A DNA stretch of 64,000 nt from Acidobacteriota bacterium (lineage in GTDB: Bacteria; Acidobacteriota; UBA6911; RPQK01; JAJDTT01), in contig OZ242374.1 in the NCBI GenBank assembly GCA_965209055.1, forward strand, positions 1,216,001 through 1,280,000. The letters run 5' to 3'. The position numbers and the translations under genes are program-made. Shown here piece by piece: positions 23,922 through 31,882 of this stretch. The notes beneath the pieces were generated by a model. It saw nothing but the letters and a program-made list of their open reading frames with translations, was not told the origin of the DNA and made no database searches. Position 1 is the stretch's first letter; every line of letters starts with the position of its first letter.

Positions 23922-25076
23922 ATGGGTGTGATTCCAAAAGTCTCAGTTCTGGTGGTGGCCGGAGAAACCTCCGGCGAGCAGCATGCCGCGGCGCTGGTCC
24001 GGGAAATCGACCGGCTCAGCTCCGGCATCCGGATCCAGTGGTTCGGGAGCGGCAGCCAAAAGATGTCCCAGGCGGGCGTTGACCTGCTGGAGGACGTCTC
24101 CAGGCTGGCCGCCATCGGTCCCTGGGAGGCGGCTGGAAATCTGTCCAGCTATTGGAAGCTGTATCGGAGCATTCTCCGGGAGGTCCGGTTGCGCCGGACC
24201 CGGCTCGCCATCCTGGTCGACTTTCCCGATTTCAATCTCAGGCTGGCCCGCCGTTTGAAACAGGCGGGCGTGACGGTCGTATACTTCATTGCACCCCAGG
24301 TGTGGGCATGGCGCTCTTCGCGCGTCCGCCAGATTCGAAGGGACGTGGATCTGGTTCTGGCCGTCTTTCCCTTCGAGCAGGAGTACTTTCGGAGCCGGGG
24401 CGTCAACGCTCGCTACGTGGGGAATCCGTCTCTGGAGCGGCTTCGGGAGGTGGAGCCCGGAGCCGGGTCCGGCCCGCAGGAGGAACCCCTGGTGGCTCTG
24501 CTGCCGGGCAGCCGGATCCAGGAGGTGCGGCGAATCTTCCCACGCATGCTGGACGCCGCCCGCTACGCTGCACGCCGCTGCCAGGCACGATACTGGGTGG
24601 TCAAGGCTCCGGACCTGCCGCTGGAGGAACTGAAGAAAGTCTACCGAAGCTGGTTGGGGAGGCGGGGCAAGCCCTTGCCTCTGGAGTTCCGGGAGGAGGA
24701 AACGGCCCAAGTCCTTCCCCGGACCGACTGTGCCATAATCAAAAGTGGGACCTCTACATTGGAAGCCACGTTGCTGCGCGTTCCGTTCGCCATGGTCTAC
24801 CGGATGTCGTGGCCGACATGGATATTCGCCCGTCTTCTGGTCCGGACCCGGACCTACTCTCTGACCAATCTGGTTATGGGCGAACGCATCGTGCCCGAGT
24901 TCATTCAATGGCAAGCGCGGGGACGGACCATCGGCCGCTACCTGGTGCGGCTCCTCACTCAGGAAGGGGAGAGGGCGAGCGTCAGGGAGAAATTGGGACA
25001 GGCCGCCGGCCGCCTGGGCCGGCAGAACGCGTATCGTGAAGCTGCGATGCAGGTCCGAACTTATCTGCAGGAGTGA
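23922..25076 (+). CDS. lpxB: Lipid-A-disaccharide synthase
   Basis: VAGETSG, DFPDFN, PQVWAWR, FPFE, LLPGSR and KSGTSTLE motifs. Confidence 0.95.
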   Translation: MGVIPKVSVLVVAGETSGEQHAAALVREIDRLSSGIRIQWFGSGSQKMSQAGVDLLEDVSRLAAIGPWEAAGNLSSYWKLYRSILREVRLRRTRLAILVDFPDFNLRLARRLKQAGVTVVYFIAPQVWAWRSSRVRQIRRDVDLVLAVFPFEQEYFRSRGVNARYVGNPSLERLREVEPGAGSGPQEEPLVALLPGSRIQEVRRIFPRMLDAARYAARRCQARYWVVKAPDLPLEELKKVYRSWLGRRGKPLPLEFREEETAQVLPRTDCAIIKSGTSTLEATLLRVPFAMVYRMSWPTWIFARLLVRTRTYSLTNLVMGERIVPEFIQWQARGRTIGRYLVRLLTQEGERASVREKLGQAAGRLGRQNAYREAAMQVRTYLQE

Positions 25077-25080
25077 TGTC

Positions 25081-27063
25081 ATGAAAGTGCTGATCGCGAT
25101 TTCTCTTCTGGTACTGGGGAATGCTCCGGCATGGGCGGAGACGGCGCCCGCCGGACCGCGCCTGCTGGATGTGAGCCATTACGACATCGAGGTGGAGGTG
25201 GACCCCCAGGAGCGTTTCCTGGAGGGATCGGCCCGGGTCACCTTCAAGGTCTTGGAGAACATCCTCAGCATCCCCTTCGACTTCAACAATCAGCTCAGCA
25301 TTCTGTCGACCATGGACCAGGACGGGAACCGGTACTCGACACGATTCGACGACCTGAGCCAGAAGAACATGAGGGTTCAGGGCCCCAAGTCCCTCAACCC
25401 GGGGACCGAGGTGACGCTCACTTTCCGGTTCGAGGGGAATCTGGAAGGGGATGAATTCGCCTTCCTGAACGTCGCCCGCACCGAGAAGGCCGTGATTTCC
25501 CCCGACGGAGCACTGCTCTTGTCCGAGGGCCGCTGGTTTCCTCAGCACCTGCTTCCGTTCGACTCGGCGACGGCCAAGGTACGGGTGCGGGTTCCCCTTG
25601 GATTCTCGGCCGTGGCGCCCGGACGCCTGGAATCGATCCGGACCGAGGGCGTCACCGAAGTCTTCAATTGGTCGAGCGACTATCCCCTGACCGAGATCCC
25701 CGTGGTGGTTGCCCAATACCTCCGGCAGGATTTCAAGGAGGGTCCGGTTCCCATCAGCTTCCACGTGAGGGAGGACTTCAAGGGCGACTTGACTCCCTGG
25801 GCTCAGGAGATCGAAAAGATCCTGGAATTCTACACCCAGGAGTACGGACCCAGCCCGGTGTCCAAACTGGACCTGGTTGCGGTGGGCAAGGTGGAGTTGG
25901 AGACCGCCGGGTCGTTCGGCCTCATATTTCTGGAATCCGGACTGCTCGAAGCCAAGCGGATGCCGGTGATGGAGTTGGCCAAACGGCTGGCCCGTCATTG
26001 GTGGGGGTACTCGGTGCGGCCGAAGGGGGACCGCGACGTCTTCCTCCGCGAAGGTTTCTGCACCTACGCGGCACTCCGTTACATGGAGTCGAGTCACGCC
26101 GACGATTTTCGCGGCGTGCTGGCCCGCGAGGCGGTGGATGCCATGAAGCACCAGAAACTGGCCCCCATCACCGAGGGCCTCACCTTCAAGCCCGGCTCTT
26201 CCCAGTACGAGTCCATCGTCGGCAGCAAGGGGGCCTGGGTGCTCTATATGCTGGGTCAGCTCATCGGCCGGGAGGGCTTCGACGGGTATTTCAAGGAGTG
26301 GTACCAGGAGCGGAAGGACCAGGAGTCGGGCATCCAGGATTTCGTCGACTTCGTCCAGCGGAAGAGCGGCGAAGACTACGGCTGGTTCTTCGTCCAGTGG
26401 GTGGAGTCGGTCGGAGTCCCCGAGTTCAAGGTCGACTACAACATCTACAAGCTGCGAGACGGGACCTTCCAGATCCGCGGCCAGGTGAAGCAGGACATCG
26501 ACCTCTTCCGCATGCCGGCCGACCTGCGAATCGAGACCAAGGGTGACGCCAACGACGACAAACTGGTCATCGGAGGCCGCTCCACGTCGTTCAAGCTCGA
26601 CATGAAGGACCGGCCCCTCCGGGTGGTGGTGGATCCCAACGGAAAGATCCTGAACGATTCGGATCGGATGCGGGTCCTGGTCCACATCGCGCTGGGAGAG
26701 GACTACCAGCGGAAGGCGGAGTTCGTGGCGGCGATTCAGGAATTCGAGAAGGCCAAGGAGATGGACCCCAGAAGCTCCATGGCCAGCTATCGGCTGGGCG
26801 AGGTGTTCTTCCAGCAGCACAGCTTCTCCAATTCGGCCAACGCCTTCCGGGAGTCCCTCAACGGGAACCTGAATCCACCCTGGATCGAGACCTGGATCCA
26901 TATCTACCTGGGAAAGATCTACGACATCCTGGGCCAGCGGGAGCGGGCCAAGTCGGAATACCGCAAGGCCGCCAACAGCAAGATCGACTACAACGGAGCC
27001 CAGGCCGAGGCCAAGAAATACCTGGAGGAGCCCTTCACCCGCCCCCGTACCGTCTCGAGCTGA
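25081..27063 (+). CDS. Exported M1 aminopeptidase-like protein with C-terminal TPR, lacking HExxH
   Basis: Signal peptide, HYDIEV, FLREGF, KGAWVLYML and C-terminal TPR helices; ELAKRLARHWWG stands where HE.AHQW.G is expected. Confidence 0.85.
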   Translation: MKVLIAISLLVLGNAPAWAETAPAGPRLLDVSHYDIEVEVDPQERFLEGSARVTFKVLENILSIPFDFNNQLSILSTMDQDGNRYSTRFDDLSQKNMRVQGPKSLNPGTEVTLTFRFEGNLEGDEFAFLNVARTEKAVISPDGALLLSEGRWFPQHLLPFDSATAKVRVRVPLGFSAVAPGRLESIRTEGVTEVFNWSSDYPLTEIPVVVAQYLRQDFKEGPVPISFHVREDFKGDLTPWAQEIEKILEFYTQEYGPSPVSKLDLVAVGKVELETAGSFGLIFLESGLLEAKRMPVMELAKRLARHWWGYSVRPKGDRDVFLREGFCTYAALRYMESSHADDFRGVLAREAVDAMKHQKLAPITEGLTFKPGSSQYESIVGSKGAWVLYMLGQLIGREGFDGYFKEWYQERKDQESGIQDFVDFVQRKSGEDYGWFFVQWVESVGVPEFKVDYNIYKLRDGTFQIRGQVKQDIDLFRMPADLRIETKGDANDDKLVIGGRSTSFKLDMKDRPLRVVVDPNGKILNDSDRMRVLVHIALGEDYQRKAEFVAAIQEFEKAKEMDPRSSMASYRLGEVFFQQHSFSNSANAFRESLNGNLNPPWIETWIHIYLGKIYDILGQRERAKSEYRKAANSKIDYNGAQAEAKKYLEEPFTRPRTVSS

Positions 27064-27077
27064 CCGGAGCGCCGCCG

Positions 27078-27135
27078 GGAGCGGCGGTTTCCAACCGCCG
27101 ACCAAGGGGGGTAAGGGGGGACGTCAGTCCCCCCT
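27078..27135 (+). repeat. Composite REP-like element
   Basis: GGAGCGGCGGTTTCCAACCGCCG-ACCAAGGGGGGTAAG-GGGGGACGTCAGTCCCCC. Confidence 0.85.
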
Positions 27136-27272
27136 TTACGCTTCAAGAGTCCCAGCTCCGAATCGCGACGCGCATTCTCCGAGGCTGCTAAACTAAACGC
27201 CCATAGCGGGAATCTCCTGGGGCGCACCCCATCGGCTTCGGTGATTGCCGCTGTAGTTTCTCGACCCAGGGT

Positions 27273-27348
27273 GGGGGTATAGCTCAGTTGGAAGAGCACC
27301 TGCTTTGCAAGCAGGGGGTCGTCGGTTCGAATCCGATTACCTCCACCA
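27273..27348 (+). tRNA. tRNA-Ala (TGC)
   Basis: 76-nt cloverleaf, G3:U70 pair, anticodon arm CCTGC-TTTGCAA-GCAGG, GTTCGAA, encoded CCA. Confidence 0.98.
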
Positions 27349-27452
27349 TTACTCCTTCCAGAGCGATCCAGAGAAGTCCTGTAAGTTCCTATTTAACAGC
27401 AATTTAACGAGTTTTTGCGTCCATACTACTCCAATAGCATCCCTTGACATCC

Positions 27453-27482
27453 GGGGGCAACTGGGGGCAACATTGGGGGCAA
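27453..27482. repeat. Putative integrase arm-type binding sites
   Basis: GGGGGCAA three times between the tRNA and the integrase start. Confidence 0.65.
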
Positions 27483-27513
27483 GTTAGAAGTCATCGAAAG
27501 GAGTTGCCCCCAC

Positions 27514-28707
27514 ATGCCCCTCACCGCCACTGCCGTTCGTCATGCGAAACCTTCCAAGAAGACCAGGAAAATGTTCGACGGAAGGGGTCTGTATCTGGAA
27601 TTAACTCCCAGCGGCGGCAAACGTTGGCGGCTGAAATATCGCTTCGCAGGAAAAGAGAAACGGATCTCCCTCGGTGTATATCCCGACGTGTCCTTGAAAG
27701 AAGCCCGGATACGGCGTCATCAAGCACGCACGCTGTTGGCCCGAGAGATCGATCCCAGCGAGCACCGCAAAGCGCACAAGGCCGCGAAGGAACAACGCTC
27801 AGCCAACAGTTTCGAAGCCGTGGCCCGGGAATGGTTCACGAAACATGCTCCCAACTGGGCGACGAGTCACGCCACGCGCGTCCTCAGCCGACTGGAGCGG
27901 GACATCTTTCCGTGGATGGGCAGGCGGCCGATTTCCCGCATCACGGCCCCTGAGTTGTTGGCCGTTGTCCGTCGGATCGAGAAACGGGGGGCACTGGAGA
28001 GTGCCCACCGGACCCTTCGGATCTGCGGACAGGTGTTTCGCTATGCAGTGGCCACGGGAAGAGCCCAGCGTGACCCCTCCAGTGACTTGCGAGGCGCATT
28101 GCCGCCGGTCAAGAGAACCCACTTCGCCGCTCTGACCGAACCAAAGGAGGTCGGACCCTTGCTGCGAGTGCTGGACGGCTACCGGGGGACGCTGATCGTG
28201 CGTTGCGCCCTGCGCTTCGCTCCGTTAGTCTTCGTGCGGCCCGGGGAGTTGCGCCACGCTCAGTGGTCGGATATCGATCTAGAAGCGGCGGAGTGGCGTT
28301 ACACCGTCACCAAGACCGACCTCCCGCATGTCGTTCCGCTTGCCCGCCAAGCAGTGGGGATCCTAAGCGAACTGCAACCCCTGACCGGACGGGGACGCTA
28401 TGTGTTCCCCAGTGCCCGCACTCCGAACGGAAACCGACCCATGAGCGAGAATGCCGTTCTCGCCGCCCTGCGGCGCATGGGGATCGGAAAGGAGGAGATG
28501 ACGGGCCATGGGTTTCGGGCGATGGCAAGAACCATCCTAGATGAAGTGTTGGGATTTCGTCCCGACTTCATCGAGCACCAGTTGGCCCACGCGGTGCGTG
28601 ACCCCAACGGGCGGGCTTACAACCGCACGGCCTATCTGCCGGAACGGCGAAAGATGATGCAGGAGTGGGCCGACTATCTGGATCAGTTGAAGGCAGTGAG
28701 CAAGTAA
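27514..28707 (+). CDS. P4-like tyrosine integrase with Arm DNA-binding domain
   Basis: DGRGLYL...GKEKRISLGVYP; catalytic R (VRPGE), HGFR, LAH and Y (AYNR) all intact; next to the tRNA 3' end. Confidence 0.96.
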   Translation: MPLTATAVRHAKPSKKTRKMFDGRGLYLELTPSGGKRWRLKYRFAGKEKRISLGVYPDVSLKEARIRRHQARTLLAREIDPSEHRKAHKAAKEQRSANSFEAVAREWFTKHAPNWATSHATRVLSRLERDIFPWMGRRPISRITAPELLAVVRRIEKRGALESAHRTLRICGQVFRYAVATGRAQRDPSSDLRGALPPVKRTHFAALTEPKEVGPLLRVLDGYRGTLIVRCALRFAPLVFVRPGELRHAQWSDIDLEAAEWRYTVTKTDLPHVVPLARQAVGILSELQPLTGRGRYVFPSARTPNGNRPMSENAVLAALRRMGIGKEEMTGHGFRAMARTILDEVLGFRPDFIEHQLAHAVRDPNGRAYNRTAYLPERRKMMQEWADYLDQLKAVSK

Positions 28708-28987
28708 TTGCGACCCATCCTAGCGTCTGAGCTGAAACTCTGAAGTCCGTTGGGATCGGACGGTCTCCACGGATTCAGGTCGCGGCACCATTCAGACAGA
28801 ATCCAGGCACGATTATCGATCCTGGCACATCCTGCGGTGTAATTCTCCGTTAATCTGAGTCCAGCGTTCCAAGGGCAAGGGTCGGACTTTTTGGCCAGAC
28901 CGTTTCCCGCAGGAGATTCCAAACGGAGGTTGACCCTTGAGAAGTTGACGGCGCCATCCGTGGAGCCAGGCCGCGGGAGGACCAAGT

Positions 28988-29302
28988 TCACCCCCGAGCG
29001 GAAGGTCCTTGTGATGTTCCTTCGAGACAAGGGCATGATTTGGACCGCTCTGGCGAGGAAGGAGGGGGGCAGGCCAGACAGAGTGCATGCCTTCCCGCAT
29101 CCGATATCGATCGCGCGGGTCCGGACCCGTCGGGCGTGAAAAACTCCCAGATTCCGGACAACCTAACCGCGAGCCGATATTCACTCACTTGGGCTCGGGG
29201 TGGCAGATCGCCGCAATTCTGCGCCAAGAGTACTTCCGAGGCCCCGATGGTGATCAGTGCGGCTGCAACGGACAAGAACACGGATGGGGATATTCGGCTC
29301 AT
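28988..29302 (-). pseudogene. Probable remnant of an exported-protein gene
   Basis: GGAGG RBS and signal-peptide-like MSRISPSVFLSVAAALITIGASEVLLA, followed by unconvincing sequence; family not recognised. Confidence 0.3.
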
Positions 29303-29616
29303 AGATTCTCGCCTCCAAGTCACAGAGAAAATACGGCATCGGTTCCGTCACATTTATTTTGAAGGGGGCATGATCTTCCACGTCGTCCACCTTCGACCAA
29401 GAGTCGCGGAGCTGGCCCAGGCGCACTTCATGATGATCCATCACACGTTTGTCCCAGGCTTGTGGAGGAGATTAGAAACGTGACGACACGATGAACCAGA
29501 CGATGTGCTCGGAGGCTGTGTCGTATCGGTTACGATGCGCGCCCGCGCACGACTGGGGGAAAGCGACCAACGGTCCAGAATTGACCTCCAACTCGGCCAC
29601 CGCGTATTGTTGCGGC

Positions 29617-29844
29617 ATGAGTCAATTGGATCGCATCACCCTGGAGCCGGAGAAGAGAGGAGGGAAGCCGTGTATTCGCGGGCTGAGGATCACGGTGTAC
29701 GACATCCTCGAGTACTTGGCGTCCGGGATGAAGGAATCGGAAATACTGGCGGATTTCCCGGACTTGGAGCGCGGAGACATCCGGGCGGCACTCGCATTTG
29801 CTGCGGAGCGTGAACGCAGGCTCGTTTCGATTCCGCCCGGGTGA
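29617..29844 (+). CDS. DUF433-family antitoxin (VapB45-like)
   Basis: RIT..P.KRGGKPCIRGLRITVYDIL..LASGM...EILADFPDL...DIRAALAFA. Confidence 0.92.
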   Translation: MSQLDRITLEPEKRGGKPCIRGLRITVYDILEYLASGMKESEILADFPDLERGDIRAALAFAAERERRLVSIPPG

Positions 29845-30173
29845 AGCTCCTTTTCGACGAGAATCTGTCCCCGCGTCTGGTCGGTGGTCTAACGGACGTG
29901 TTTCCGGGATCCGTCCACGTCCGAGATATCGGCTTGGCCCGTGCGACCGACGCTGCAATCTGGGCTTACGCGAGGGAACACGACTTCACCATCGTCTCGA
30001 AGGACTCGGATTTCCATCAGGTGAGTTTCCTTCGGGGTCCGCCTCCGAAGGTCATCTGGATCAGGCGAGGCAACTGCACCACGACGGACATCGAGACGTT
30101 GCTCCGATTCAACCGGACAGGGATCCGCGCCTTCGTTTCCGAATCAGGGTCGGCATTCCTAGCGCTCTCTTAG
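29841..30173 (+). CDS. DUF5615-family PIN-like toxin (VapC45-like)
   Basis: MKLLFDENLS, D..IW.YA, IVSKDSDF and PPKVIWIR.GN; GTGA overlap with the antitoxin. Confidence 0.92.
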   Translation: MKLLFDENLSPRLVGGLTDVFPGSVHVRDIGLARATDAAIWAYAREHDFTIVSKDSDFHQVSFLRGPPPKVIWIRRGNCTTTDIETLLRFNRTGIRAFVSESGSAFLALS

Positions 30174-30391
30174 TCGATCACGGATCCCGGATGGGATCAG
30201 GCAGCTCTTGTTCGGTCGGAACACGGGAACTGGACCGCCTTGAGCCAATCCTCGTCGCAACCTGCTTCCCTTGTTCTCATGACCTCGATAAACGGGCGAA
30301 CTCCTATTGCGCCACGGCTTGCGACTGCGAGCCCAGTCGCCGACCATGAGAGTATCCGTCCTCCCACATGCTGTACTCTTTCCACTCTCAC

Positions 30392-31567
30392 CTAACCAGT
30401 GATCAGATCCTCAAGACGTTCTCCCCACCGCTGCAACGCTCGGCCTATTTCCGGTAGCTTGTCCCACCGGTTGTACACTGCTGTCATGTGCCGGAACGGC
30501 CACGAGTGGTTCAGAATCCGGGCGATTGTGACATCGTCGGTGCCGAGCTTGCTCAAGTTCGTCGCACAGGTCCGCCGCAAGTCGTGGGGTCGAAAATGGA
30601 ATCCTGTTTTTTTCTGAATGCGTTGGCTCATCTTTTGGAGCCAGCGGATGTGTCCACCTCTGGGGGAGGCAAAGACAAATTCCGAGTCACCAGTCAAGGG
30701 GCGCAGGCCCTCGATGATGACCAGAGCCTGCGACGACAAGGGCACCTTGTGTTCACGCTTGTTCTTGGTTTCGGTGGCTGGAACGGTCCAGATGTTCTCG
30801 TCGTCCAGGTCGCGCCACCGCATCGCTTTCGTTTCGCCGGGTCTTTGCCCCATCAACAAGATGAGCCGATAGATGGAAGCGGTCGGTTCCATTCGGTTCT
30901 CCAAATCTTTCCAAAGCGCCCGGATTTCATGGTCGCTCAGCACGCGGTCACGACTCCTTTCCCTGGCCGGCAAAGCGACGTGGGTGCAGGGATTGGCAAA
31001 TGTCTCCGGAACCAGCGCCTTCCTCAACGCAAAATTGAAGATCGTGGAGGTCAGTGCCTTGACCCGGTTGGCCATGACCGGAGCCTGACGATTGAATTGG
31101 ATGTCGTCCAGAAGACGAATGACATCGGACCGTGTGATGGTGCGAAACTTTCTTCGGCCCCAAACCGGCAGCAGGTAGGTGTTCAAGATGCGAGTGTCTT
31201 CCTTGATGCTGGCCGGTTTCTTGTTGGGTCGGGCGTGTCTCTCCAGATACAACTCGGCCAACTCCTCGAATGTACCGGCTTGGCGTTCTTGCCGGCGTTC
31301 TTCCGCTGGGTCTTCTCCTCGCTGGACCGCACCCAGCAATTTGAACGCCTGAGACCTGGCCTGAGCCAGCGAGAGTGCCGGATAGACGCCAAGCTTCATC
31401 CGTCTTCGTCGGCCGTCGGCTCGATAAAGGAACGTGAAGGTTTTTCGCCCGCTCTTCATGATCCGAACTCCGAAAGATCCAGGGAAGGACTGATCCCAGA
31501 ATTCCTGGACAGTTTGTTCCGTCTTCAGGTTCTTCAGCAGTCTGTCGGTCAGCTTTGTGGTGGGCAT
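30392..31567 (-). CDS. Tyrosine integrase with Arm DNA-binding domain
   Basis: GRRRRMKLGVYPALSLAQAR; GQRPGE, TKNK, HDLRRT, LNH and VYNR catalytic residues intact. Confidence 0.95.
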   Translation of the reverse strand: MPTTKLTDRLLKNLKTEQTVQEFWDQSFPGSFGVRIMKSGRKTFTFLYRADGRRRRMKLGVYPALSLAQARSQAFKLLGAVQRGEDPAEERRQERQAGTFEELAELYLERHARPNKKPASIKEDTRILNTYLLPVWGRRKFRTITRSDVIRLLDDIQFNRQAPVMANRVKALTSTIFNFALRKALVPETFANPCTHVALPARERSRDRVLSDHEIRALWKDLENRMEPTASIYRLILLMGQRPGETKAMRWRDLDDENIWTVPATETKNKREHKVPLSSQALVIIEGLRPLTGDSEFVFASPRGGHIRWLQKMSQRIQKKTGFHFRPHDLRRTCATNLSKLGTDDVTIARILNHSWPFRHMTAVYNRWDKLPEIGRALQRWGERLEDLITG

Positions 31568-31748
31568 TTCGTCTCCTCTTCTTGGAACCCATTTCAGAAA
31601 AAGGTTCCATATGGGTTCCAATACGCTCAGGATTTAGCGGGAACTACTAAGACCCAATGATACGACGCTGGACTGACAAGTTCAATGATATCAGTCATTT
31701 GTAAGACTTTCTGGGATCAGTTGAGACGTAGTGAGACGACCTTCTTCG

Positions 31749-31797
31749 CTGAATGGGGTTCAGGGGGTCGGGAGTTCGAATCTCCCCGTCCCGACCA
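31749..31797 (+). mobile_element. att site: 3' half of tRNA-Pro (GGG)
   Basis: CTGA-ATGGGGT-TCAG anticodon arm, T arm GGGAG-TTCGAAT-CTCCC, ends CCCGACCA; no D arm or 5' acceptor strand; about 180 bp from the integrase start. Confidence 0.85.
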
Positions 31798-31882
31798 GCA
31801 TTTCCGGAGTCCTTTCCAGCGGCGCCCCGCGAGCTGCACGGGCCGCCCCGGTTGCGGCGCCGATCCACCGGGCAGGAGTTCA

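Noticed and set aside
29037-29160. IDIGCG SAM-binding-like motif in a minus-strand frame
   Set aside because: No start codon in context and no other methyltransferase motifs; probably chance.
27514-31567. Integron integrase with a cassette array
   Set aside because: Both integrases have Arm-type N-termini typical of phage/island integrases, and I saw no attC-like sites.
31749-31797. Functional tRNA-Pro gene
   Set aside because: The 5' acceptor strand and D arm are missing; it is interpreted as an att site.
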